Assembly: GCA_016212105.1 (NCBI GenBank)
Contig: JACRHJ010000028.1
Coordinates: 11,689 to 75,688, forward strand
Length of the DNA: 64,000 bases
Source: Nitrospirota bacterium
GTDB taxonomy: Bacteria; Nitrospirota; JACRHJ01
Reading direction: 5' to 3'
This document shows positions 1-9,710 of this stretch, one piece after another. The notes under the pieces are model-generated. The model was not told where the DNA came from. It saw only the letters and a program-made list of their open reading frames with translations, and made no database searches. Position numbers and translations under genes: made by a program. The first letter of the stretch is position 1. Every line of letters begins with the position of its first letter.

Positions 1-613
1 CGGGGACGATCGACGAGAAGGTCGAGGCGGCGGCCCGGATAACCGGTATACTCGCGAGGATCGAGAACGGGGTCGAGCGCAGCCACTACCTGAAGGCCGC
101 GGCGGGCCTCCTTGGAATAGAGGAGTCGGCCATCGCCGAGGAGCTGGGCAAGAAGCTCGGCAAGGACGCGCGGACGGGTGTATTCAGGGCGGCTGGCAGG
201 AAGCCCGCGGCCTCCCCGATGAACAAGATCGAGGAGGAGCTGCTGCACCTCGCGCTGATATACCCCGAGGTTGCATGCCAGGTGCGGGACGAGCTTACTC
301 CGGAGGACTTCTCGGACGGGCGGCTCCGGCCAATCGCCGCCGGTCTGTTCGGCATGATGGACGAGGCCGGTTCGGTGGACGTCCCCAAGCTCCTCGGTTC
401 GATAGAAGACGAGGAACTGAAGAAGGCCCTGTATGGCCTGTCCGTGAAGGAGCGGGAGTTCGACGACCCGCTGGAGACCGCACGCGGCTCCGTCGGCAGG
501 CTGTTGAAGGGCAGGGTGGACCGGAAGCTCGCGGAGCTTTCCGGCCAGATGAGAGAGGCCGAGATACGGAACGATTTGGACCGTTTGAATAAATTACAGA
601 AGGAGTTCGCCGA

Positions 614-2437
<1,824 letters not shown>

Positions 2438-2469
2438 GAGGGCGGCGCCCTCTTTATCGGCTACTGTGT

Positions 2470-2830
2470 TACACATGGTGTCATTGCGAGGAGTCCCGCG
2501 CTTTGCGGGACGACGCGGCAATCCCAGCCTTTAAGAACTGAGATTGCCACGCTTCGCTCGCAATGACAGGCAAAACAAGGGCCGACACACTGAACGGCCC
2601 CAAGTTCCGTCATTCCCGCGAAGGCGGGAATCCAGGAAGTTCGCAATCTGACGTCAAATTCCTGGACCCCCGCCTTCGCGGGGGTGACGTCAAAAGATAA
2701 AGGCAGGGCCGACACACGGGTCGGCCCCTACATAAAAGCAGGTCACTCCACGGAGCCTGCCCTGAGCCCCGGCTTTATGCATGCCGTGGTGAAATCCGCT
2801 GAAGGGGACGGGATGACGACCTGCCTTTAA
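2470..2830. repeat. intergenic palindromic-module cluster R1 (G+M composite, D', A, Q, D, E containing L)
   Basis: Modules: 2478-2524 gtcattgcgagg..gcggcaatc; 2538-2568 its inverted short partner; 2609-2640 gtcattcccgcgaaggcgggaatccagg; 2659-2689 ttcctggacccccgccttcgcgggggtgac; 2701-2740 aggcagggccgacacacgggtcggcccctacataaaagc. Confidence 0.9.
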
Positions 2831-2879
2831 CCTCATTAAAGTTTCTGGGCCGCCTCTTTTCAAAGAGGCGGGACTTTTC
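2831..2879 (+). repeat. T element copy 1 (CCTCA..AAAGTTTyTGGGCCGCC-T-rich loop-GGCGGGAC)
   Basis: cctcattaaagtttctgggccgcctcttttcaaagaggcgggacttttc. A 10-bp stem is followed by a T-rich tail. It lies at the distal end of the rpoD-downstream repeat cluster. Confidence 0.8.
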
Positions 2880-2908
2880 TTCTGCAAGTGTTTGGAGGTT
2901 TATTTCAG

Positions 2909-4264
2909 ATGGCCGAGATTACGCCCTTCAGGGGCCTGAGATACGACATAAAGAAGCTGGGCGGCGTCGAGCCGTTGGGCGGCATCGCGCCGCTGGTCGC
3001 CCCGCCTTACGACGTGATTTCGCCCGCGCTGCAGGAGGACCTGTACGCTCGTCACGAGAAGAACGTGGTGCGCCTCGATTTCGGGAAAAAGTACGACGCG
3101 GATACGGACGCGGACAACCGCTACACGCGCTCGGCGGGCTACCTGAAGCAGTGGTTGGCAGACGGGGTATTGGTGCGGGAGGGGAGGCCGTGCCTCTACT
3201 TTTACGAGGTCTCGTACAAGACCCCGTCAGGTACGCCCAAGACGATGTCCGGGTTCATCTGCATGCTCAGGCTGGAGGAGTGGAGCAAGGGAGTGGTGCT
3301 GCCGCACGAGAGCACGCTCAAGGGGCCGAAGGCGGACCGTATGGAGCTGATGAAGGCTACCGGGGTGTCCGCGAGCCAGATTTTTTCCCTGTACTCGGAT
3401 AAGGCGTGTACGGTCACCGGAGCGATGAAGAAGGCGATTGGCGGGCGGCCTGCCGACGAGGAGGCCGCGGACGACGACGGGGCGGTCCACAGGCTCTGGG
3501 TTGTGGAGGACCCGGCCGCGATAGAGACGGTCAGGCGCGACATGATGGACAGGCCGGTGTTCATCGCCGACGGGCACCACCGCTACGAGACCGCGCTCGC
3601 CTTCCGCGACCACTGCCGTGCGAACGGTGGTGGAGACGGAAAAGAGACGTACAACTACGTCCCGATGTTCCTCGCCAACATGGAGGAGGACGGGCTGACC
3701 GTCCTGCCGACGCACCGCATGATTAAAGACGCCGGAGGGCGCTCGCTGGAAAATATACTCGCCGAGGCGGAGAAGTTCTTCGACGTGCGCGCGTTCTCCT
3801 TCACGCCAGCGGACGAGGGCAGGGTGCGCGCGGACTTTCTTGCAGCCGTACAGGGAGAGAGCAAGCGCACCAACGCCTACGGCTTCTATTTCGGCCGGGG
3901 CTCGTCGTATTATCTCCTGACGCTGAAGGACGTGGACCCGCTGGTCGAGACGCTCCGCTGCCAGCGCTCCGAGACCTACTGCAAGCTCGACGTGTCCATA
4001 CTGCACAACCTGGTCATCGAGCGCGTCCTCGGGATAAACACCGAGAAGATCTCGCAGGACCAGCCTGTGCAGTTCGAGAAGGACGGAGACAGGGCCATCG
4101 GCCGCGTGGCGTCCGGCGAGTTCGCCATGTGCTTTATCCTGAACGCGACGAAGGTGCACGAGGTCAAGGAAGTCGCGCTGGCAAGGGAGATAATGCCGCA
4201 GAAGTCGACGTACTTCTACCCCAAGCTGCTTACGGGGCTGGTTATCGCGCCGCTGGTGGACTGA
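2909..4264 (+). CDS. DUF1015 family protein
   Basis: The ORF is 2888..4264. I prefer the ATG at 2909 (MAEITPFRGLRYD), which is the typical DUF1015 N-terminus. Other family-like motifs are PPYDVIS, LPHE, FIADGHHRYETALAF and LPTHR. Confidence 0.85.
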   Translation: MAEITPFRGLRYDIKKLGGVEPLGGIAPLVAPPYDVISPALQEDLYARHEKNVVRLDFGKKYDADTDADNRYTRSAGYLKQWLADGVLVREGRPCLYFYEVSYKTPSGTPKTMSGFICMLRLEEWSKGVVLPHESTLKGPKADRMELMKATGVSASQIFSLYSDKACTVTGAMKKAIGGRPADEEAADDDGAVHRLWVVEDPAAIETVRRDMMDRPVFIADGHHRYETALAFRDHCRANGGGDGKETYNYVPMFLANMEEDGLTVLPTHRMIKDAGGRSLENILAEAEKFFDVRAFSFTPADEGRVRADFLAAVQGESKRTNAYGFYFGRGSSYYLLTLKDVDPLVETLRCQRSETYCKLDVSILHNLVIERVLGINTEKISQDQPVQFEKDGDRAIGRVASGEFAMCFILNATKVHEVKEVALAREIMPQKSTYFYPKLLTGLVIAPLVD

Positions 4265-4265
4265 T

Positions 4266-4400
4266 TAAGTTGTAGCTGCCCGATTCATCGGGCTGTTTTG
4301 TAGGGCGCGACGCCCTCGGCGCGCCGTATAAGGCAGGGCCGACACGCGGATCGGCCCCTACATAAAAGCAGGTCCCTCCACTTCGGTCGGGACGACAAGG
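4266..4400. repeat. cluster R2 (H, K, D, E)
   Basis: Modules: 4272-4293 gtagctgcccgattcatcgggc; 4300-4325 gtagggcgcgacgccctcggcgcgcc; 4331-4369 D; 4368-4397 gcaggtccctccacttcggtcgggacgaca. Confidence 0.9.
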
Positions 4401-4408
4401 TGCATACA

Positions 4409-4453
4409 CCTCACAAAAGTTTTTGGGCCGCCTTTTTACCAAAAAGGCGGGAC
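4409..4453 (+). repeat. T element copy 2
   Basis: cctcacaaaagtttttgggccgcctttttaccaaaaaggcgggac. Confidence 0.8.
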
Positions 4454-4482
4454 GTTGCAGTTGTCCTCAGCGGGGCGTCCAG

Positions 4483-4965
4483 ATGAAATCAGGCCGACGC
4501 GCATCAGGGTTGTCGCCCCTGGCCGAGGTGCTCGCCAAGGTGCTGGGCGAGCGGGGCATGGCCGGGACCGGCGCGGTCGGGAAGTTGCAGACCGGCTGGG
4601 TGGACGCGGTGGGCAAGGGCCTCGCGTCACACTGCTCGCCGGACTCGCTCAAGGGGAAGCTCCTCTACGTCACGGTGGACAGCTCTGCCTGGATGAACCA
4701 GATCTCGATGCTGCGGCTTACGCTGGTCGGGAGCATCAACGCATACCTCGGTGCCGACACGGTCGAGGACGTCCGGTTCCGGGTGGGCAAGGTCGCGGCT
4801 CCGGGCGCGGCGAAGAAGGCGCGGGCGCCGTTCGTGCCCAGGAGGCGGAAGGTTACAGCGTCCGAGGCGGATGCCATAGACAGCGCCGTTTCGGGTATCA
4901 AGGACGAGGGCGTGCGTGAGCGTGCGAGAAAGCTGCTTGTGACCGCGTGTTCGCGGGAGCCGTAA
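4483..4965 (+). CDS. DciA/DUF721-like protein (possible helicase-loading factor family)
   Basis: The ORF is 4423..4965, but its first 20 codons run through the T-element hairpin, so I start at the ATG at 4483 (MKSGRR). The core LLYVTVDSSAWMNQISMLRLTLVGSINAYLG resembles DUF721. This family call is from memory and was not searched. Confidence 0.65.
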   Translation: MKSGRRASGLSPLAEVLAKVLGERGMAGTGAVGKLQTGWVDAVGKGLASHCSPDSLKGKLLYVTVDSSAWMNQISMLRLTLVGSINAYLGADTVEDVRFRVGKVAAPGAAKKARAPFVPRRRKVTASEADAIDSAVSGIKDEGVRERARKLLVTACSREP

Positions 4966-4967
4966 AA

Positions 4968-5222
4968 CTGTCATTCCGAGGCGCAGCCGAAGAATCCGCC
5001 TGTATCCGGTAAGATGTAGGGGCGCAATTCATTGCGCCCGTCAGAATTATATACAGGCAGATTCTTCGCGTTGCTCAGAATGACACCGTTATAAAAACGG
5101 CAATGACAAGAAGGGCCGACACGCAGGTCGGCCCCTGCAACAGGTAGCAGGGCAATAATATAGATAATCCGGCTTCCACAATCTGTAGGGGCCGTACCAA
5201 GCGAAGCGCGTGTCGGCCCTTT
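4968..5222. repeat. cluster R3 (F, C, inverted F, D, R)
   Basis: 4970-5005 and 5051-5084 are an inverted pair of F modules. They flank 5016-5039 gtaggggcgcaattcattgcgccc. Also present are 5113-5138 (D) and 5185-5219 gtaggggccgtaccaagcgaagcgcgtgtcggccc. Confidence 0.9.
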
Positions 5223-5245
5223 TATCCCACGAGGTATAGGCACAC

Positions 5246-5935
5246 ATGGCCTGCGACTGCAAGAACTGCATAGTGAGAAGCCTGACGATACTCTCCGACC
5301 TGAACTTCGGGGAGCTGGAGAAGGTCTCCTCCCTGATATACCTCAAGTCCTACAAGAGGAAGAAGCTGATATTCCTCGAAGAGTCCCCGAGCAACACCGT
5401 CTACATCATGAAGACCGGGAACGTCAAGACGTACAAGTCGCTCCCGGACGGGCGCGAGCAGATTATCAGCATACTCTCGCCCGGCGAGATGCTGGGCTTC
5501 GACTCGCTGTACGACGACAAGTACTCGAGCACCGCCGAGGTAATACAGGACGCGGAGCTTTGCTGCATAAAGAAGGCGGACCTGGTAGACCTCCTGAAGC
5601 AGAACCCCGAGGTCGGCATGAAGTTCATCAAGATATTGAACAGGGAGCTGAACCGTGCGCAGGACAGGATACGGGACCTGGGGCTGAAGGACGCGCGCGA
5701 GAGGGTGGCGACGCTCCTGATGACGCTCTTCACGTCCGGCCCGGCGGACCGCGGCCCCGGCTTCACTCTGTCGCGCCAGGAAATCTCCGAGATGATAGGC
5801 GTCGCGCAGGAGACGGTAATCCGCATCCTGTCCGAGTTCAAGTCGGACGGGATAATCCATACCGAGGGCAGGAACATAGTCATCACCAACCCGGCAGAGC
5901 TGCGCCGCTGGGCGGGCGACGGGTTCAACTTCTAA
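5246..5935 (+). CDS. Crp/Fnr family transcriptional regulator
   Basis: 229 aa with a cNMP-binding-like beta-roll followed by a C-terminal HTH (SRQEISEMIGVAQETVIRILSEFKSDGII). The N-terminus is Cys-rich (MACDCKNC), as in FNR-type sensors. Confidence 0.9.
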   Translation: MACDCKNCIVRSLTILSDLNFGELEKVSSLIYLKSYKRKKLIFLEESPSNTVYIMKTGNVKTYKSLPDGREQIISILSPGEMLGFDSLYDDKYSSTAEVIQDAELCCIKKADLVDLLKQNPEVGMKFIKILNRELNRAQDRIRDLGLKDARERVATLLMTLFTSGPADRGPGFTLSRQEISEMIGVAQETVIRILSEFKSDGIIHTEGRNIVITNPAELRRWAGDGFNF

Positions 5936-5938
5936 GGC

Positions 5939-6451
5939 TCAAACCTTCCCAATCGCCAGACAGAACTCCGCGTCACGTTTAAGCGGCGGGATGTTTATCG
6001 AACTCTTGCCCGCTGGCGACTTCCTGACGGACATAATGCGCGCTATCGTGTCCCTTGCCACCTGGTTGCACTCCTCTTCGAGCGCCTGCACGAACACCAT
6101 CCTTATGAGCCTGTCGTTTGTAGCCGCTATCTTTGACTTGGAGTTTTCCCACCGCGATACGGAGACAGGGTCCACGCCCAGAAGGGCGGCGAAGTCCTTC
6201 TCGGTCAGGCCCATCTGCTTCCTGATGAACCGCACGCCGCGCCCGGTCAGCGGGTTCTCGTCTCTGACGAGGCTGTACGAAATTTCCTTGTGGATGCGCT
6301 CGATGCCGCGCAGCTCCGGCAGCGAGTCTCCGCATTCAGGGCATTCGTATACCGTCACACCCTTCAGGATAATGTTGTCGAGCCCCGACTCGGTGTAGTG
6401 GTAATCCCTTGTCGTCTTCTTCAGCTTGCTGCCGCATGACGGGCATATCAT
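5939..6451 (-). CDS. MqsA/YgiT-type zinc-ribbon + XRE HTH protein (antitoxin-like)
   Basis: MICPSCG...ECPECG is a four-Cys zinc ribbon. It is followed by an HTH (IRKQMGLTEKDFAALLGVDPVSVSRWENSKSK). The ORF extends to 6478; I prefer the ATG at 6451. It is convergent with the Crp/Fnr gene with a 3-nt gap. Confidence 0.75.
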   Translation of the reverse strand: MICPSCGSKLKKTTRDYHYTESGLDNIILKGVTVYECPECGDSLPELRGIERIHKEISYSLVRDENPLTGRGVRFIRKQMGLTEKDFAALLGVDPVSVSRWENSKSKIAATNDRLIRMVFVQALEEECNQVARDTIARIMSVRKSPAGKSSINIPPLKRDAEFCLAIGKV

Positions 6452-6521
6452 CGTAAATTCCTCTCCGCGCGTGTTCACTTTATAACAGTCACGACGACCA
6501 CCATGCGGTTGTCTTCGTAGT

Positions 6522-7943
6522 CTACCGCCCGAACACGTCGCCCACCCTGTGCACCTTCATCAGATTTGTCTCCGCCTTTCCAGAAACGGGCACGCCGAGG
6601 GTCACGACCACGCGGTCGCCCGGCCTGACGAGGCCCGCCGACAGCGCGGAGCCCTCGACCTCCGCGATCATCCCGTCCGTGTCGGACTGCTGGCGCACCA
6701 TCACCGGCGTCACGCCGTAGTAAAGCCGCATCCGCCTGTATGCGGCCTCGTCCGGGGTCGCGGCTATGACGTGCGTCGCGGGGCGGTACTTGGACACCAG
6801 CAGGGCGGTCGCGCCGGAGCGCGAGAAACAGATGACGGACTTCGCCTTCAGCTCGTCGGCGGTCCTGCACGCGGCCTGCGCGATCGCCTGTGGCGCGGAG
6901 TCCATGGACTCGCACGCGTAACGGCCGTCCGCGAGGTGCCGTTCCGCCTCCCGCGCGATGGCGTTCATCATGGTGACGGATGCCTCCGGGTACGAGCCGG
7001 ACGCGGTCTCGCCGGATAGCATCAGGGCGTCTGTGCCGTCGAAGACCGCACCCGCGACATCGGACGCCTCCGCCCTTGTAGGCCTCGGGTTGGTTATCAT
7101 CGATTCGAGCATCTGGGTCGCGGTGATGACAGGCTTCTTCATCTCGTTGCACAGGCGTATCAGCCGCTTCTGTATCGGGGGCACAAGCTCCGGGGCCATC
7201 TCGACGCCCAAATCCCCGCGCGCGACCATGACGCCGTCCGCGGCCTCCACGATGGATTTTATGTCCTTGACCGCCTCAGGCCGCTCAATCTTTGCAATTA
7301 CAGGTATTGCCCCGCCGAGCGATGCTATGAGGTGCTTCAGCATGACGACGTCGGCAGACGAACGGACGAAGGACAGCGCGACATAGTCCGCCGACTCCTC
7401 GACGAGCATCGCAAGGTCGGCCTTGTCCTTGTCGGTGAGCGACGGAAGCTCGAGCGGCAGGCCGGGGAAGTTGACACCCTTCCTGTCCTTGAGGGTGCCG
7501 CCCTTTACGACCTTGCAGATGACCTCTCCGTGCGAGGCGGACATGACCTTAAGCTCCAGCATCCCGTCGTCGAGCAGCACCTTCGAGCCGCGCCTGAGCC
7601 CCTTGCCGAGCCCCTCGTAGCTGACGTGTATCGAGCCGGCGCTGCCCTCTATCTCCGAGTTGACGAGTGTTACCGTCTTCCCGGAGACAAGCTCGACCCT
7701 TCCGCCGGGGAACCTGCCCACCCTGACCTTGGGGCCGGAGAGGTCGCCTATGATGCCGACCGGGTGTATGCCGTGCGTCTCCGGCAGCGAGCGGATGAGC
7801 CGGATAGACGCGCGGTGGGTCTCCCGGTCTCCGTGGGACATGTTAAGGCGGAAGAGGTCGGCCCCGGCCTTTGCAAGCGATACGATTGCCTCTGGCGTGC
7901 TGGTCGCCGGGCCGAGAGTCGCCACTATCTTGGTCTTTGTCAT
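6522..7943 (-). CDS. pyk: pyruvate kinase
   Basis: The start MTKTKIVATLGPATS is at 7943. The 78 upstream codons of the 6522..8177 ORF are translated repeat modules. Typical motifs are FRLNMSHG, MVARGDLGVE and ATQMLESM. Confidence 0.95.
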   Translation of the reverse strand: MTKTKIVATLGPATSTPEAIVSLAKAGADLFRLNMSHGDRETHRASIRLIRSLPETHGIHPVGIIGDLSGPKVRVGRFPGGRVELVSGKTVTLVNSEIEGSAGSIHVSYEGLGKGLRRGSKVLLDDGMLELKVMSASHGEVICKVVKGGTLKDRKGVNFPGLPLELPSLTDKDKADLAMLVEESADYVALSFVRSSADVVMLKHLIASLGGAIPVIAKIERPEAVKDIKSIVEAADGVMVARGDLGVEMAPELVPPIQKRLIRLCNEMKKPVITATQMLESMITNPRPTRAEASDVAGAVFDGTDALMLSGETASGSYPEASVTMMNAIAREAERHLADGRYACESMDSAPQAIAQAACRTADELKAKSVICFSRSGATALLVSKYRPATHVIAATPDEAAYRRMRLYYGVTPVMVRQQSDTDGMIAEVEGSALSAGLVRPGDRVVVTLGVPVSGKAETNLMKVHRVGDVFGR

Positions 7944-8027
7944 CTGGCCTCCAAAAAGCGTTTGGGTAGACGGTGCGGTTCTGATATAATATAGCACCCG
8001 GCGGCGGGTCAGCGCAAGGAACCATAT

Positions 8028-8200
8028 GCTTGTCATTCCCGCGAAAGCGGGAAACCAGAGGCCTTGCCTGTCATTCCGAGCGAAGCCGAGGAATCTGCTG
8101 TTGGCCTTGAATGCCAAAAGCAGGTCCCTCCACTCCGGTCGGGACGACAACAAGAACGAACGGCCATTGGTTGTCATTCCCGCTTTCGCGGGGGTGACGG
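8028..8200. repeat. cluster R4 (A, J, E, A/Q hybrid)
   Basis: Modules: 8032-8056 A; 8070-8095 gtcattccgagcgaagccgaggaatc; 8120-8149 E; 8173-8198 gtcattcccgctttcgcgggggtgac. Confidence 0.9.
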
Positions 8201-8265
8201 GTTACGAGCAGGGCTGGCACGCGGGCCGGCCCCAACATTGGATGCAATCAACCCTGGACAAACCC

Positions 8266-9318
8266 ATGAAACTCCTTCCGATACTACTTGCAGTCCTGAT
8301 GCTCCTGCCCGCATGCGGGCGGAGGGGCGACCTGATAATACCCGGCACGGTGCTGCCTAAGGCGGTGACCGGCCTCCAGGCCGACCCGAGGGGCGACGCG
8401 GTTATACTCGCCTGGAGCGCGCCCGTGGAGAACTCGGCGGGCGAGCCGCTGACAGGCCTCGCTGGCTATATGGTCGAGAGGGCCGAGCTACCCGGAGATG
8501 GCGGCGACTGCCCGTGCCTGTTCCAGCGGGAGGGATACGTGGACCTGGAGCTGCCCGGAGGGGCGGTAGTCGCGGACGGAAGGGTCGCCTGGCGGGACGG
8601 CTCGCCGGGCCTCAAACCCGGCGGACGTTATGCGTACAAGGTAGTCCCGGTCAACGAGGACGGCTTTTCCGGCCCGGACTCGGAAGTGATAAAGCTCCGG
8701 CTCCTGACGCTGCCGGCCGCTCCCCAAGGGCTCACGGCTACCGCCGGAAACCGGAGGGTTGTCCTGATGTGGGAGTCCCCGTCGAAGGACGTATCTGGCG
8801 CACCCGTGGACACCCTCGCGGGCTACAACGTTTACAGGGCGCTGGACAAAGACGCGTCCCCGGCTATACCGGTCAACCCTACGCCGGTACAGGGAGGCTC
8901 GTTCGAGGACTCAGGCCTTGCGAACGGGCAGACGTATTACTACATCGTATCCGCGCTTCGCGGCACGGAGGGCCCGTATACGGAGGGCGACGCTGCCGGG
9001 CCTGTACAGGCTATGCCCGCCGACACAGAGCCGCCGTCCGTCCCGGCGGGGCTTCGCGCCGTGCCCGGAGAGGGCCGCGTGCTGATGTCGTGGGACCCGT
9101 CCCCGGACATGGACCTCGCGGGCTATGTCGTATACAGGAGAGGCCCCGGGGAAAGCGATGCGAAGGAGCTTGGGAGGACCGGCCCCGGCTGGATAACGTT
9201 CGAGGATGCGGGCGCCGCGCCCGACGGGGAGTACGCTTACTCGGTCAGCGCGTTCGACGACGCGACACCGTCAAACGAGAGCGCGCGGTCGGAGGAGTAC
9301 AGCGTAATATTGCCTTAG
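8266..9318 (+). CDS. lipoprotein with three fibronectin type III-like domains
   Basis: The start is MKLLPILLAVLMLLPAC (signal peptide plus lipobox Cys). There are three repeats of the pattern P..V.GL.A......V.L.W..P......L.GY.V.R. The upstream part of ORF 8026..9318 is repeat-derived. Confidence 0.8.
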   Translation: MKLLPILLAVLMLLPACGRRGDLIIPGTVLPKAVTGLQADPRGDAVILAWSAPVENSAGEPLTGLAGYMVERAELPGDGGDCPCLFQREGYVDLELPGGAVVADGRVAWRDGSPGLKPGGRYAYKVVPVNEDGFSGPDSEVIKLRLLTLPAAPQGLTATAGNRRVVLMWESPSKDVSGAPVDTLAGYNVYRALDKDASPAIPVNPTPVQGGSFEDSGLANGQTYYYIVSALRGTEGPYTEGDAAGPVQAMPADTEPPSVPAGLRAVPGEGRVLMSWDPSPDMDLAGYVVYRRGPGESDAKELGRTGPGWITFEDAGAAPDGEYAYSVSAFDDATPSNESARSEEYSVILP

Positions 9319-9384
9319 AATATATCCGTGGATTATTAAACCGGCAGCTGAATATTTGGATTCATCGCCGATACTTCATAACGC

Positions 9385-9695
9385 CCCCCGGCCCCCGGAT
9401 ATCTTAAGAGGGGGAGTTAGAGGTGGGGGCCAGATTTCAACCTCCCCCTTTGGAAAAGGGGGATTGAGGGGGATTTGGGTTTAATGTGGGGGCAGGTCCC
9501 CGTGCCTGCCCTCTTGCTTTTATGTAGGGGCGGGCCTCTGCGCCCGCCCGCATCTCGGGAGCGCGCTGAAGCGCTCCCCTACAAAAGCGCCCGATGAATC
9601 GGGCAGCTACAAATTCCTGGACCCCGTGTCAAAGCCTGCCCTGAGCCCCGGCCTTAAGCATACCGGGGTAAACTCCGCCGAAGGGGTCGTGACGG
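9385..9695. repeat. cluster R5 (N poly-G/C hairpins, I-like x2, H inverted, B containing L)
   Basis: Modules: 9436-9480 cctccccctttggaaaagggggattgagggggatttgg; 9524-9550 gtaggggcgggcctctgcgcccgccc; 9588-9610 gcccgatgaatcgggcagctac; 9614-9692 B split by an L insert. Confidence 0.85.
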
Positions 9696-9710
9696 CATAC
9701 GTAGAAGCTC

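Noticed and set aside
2461-2887. Short ORFs running through repeat clusters (2461..2715, 2690..2887, 4242..4442, 13538..14034, 34263..34744, 36138..36617, 49882..50328 and others)
   Set aside because: Their 'proteins' are concatenated translations of repeat modules (VIPAKAGIQ, CHSERSEES, RADTRVGPCIK and so on). The same peptides recur wherever the module recurs, in either orientation.
6522-8177. N-terminal extensions of ORFs as listed in the track (pyk to 8177, lipoprotein from 8026, glgA from 34311, galT from 33101, gap to 53420, nadA from 15429, rho from 41763, smpB from 49238)
   Set aside because: In each case the extension is repeat-derived or lacks homology. A downstream start codon with a Shine-Dalgarno sequence reproduces the canonical family N-terminus.
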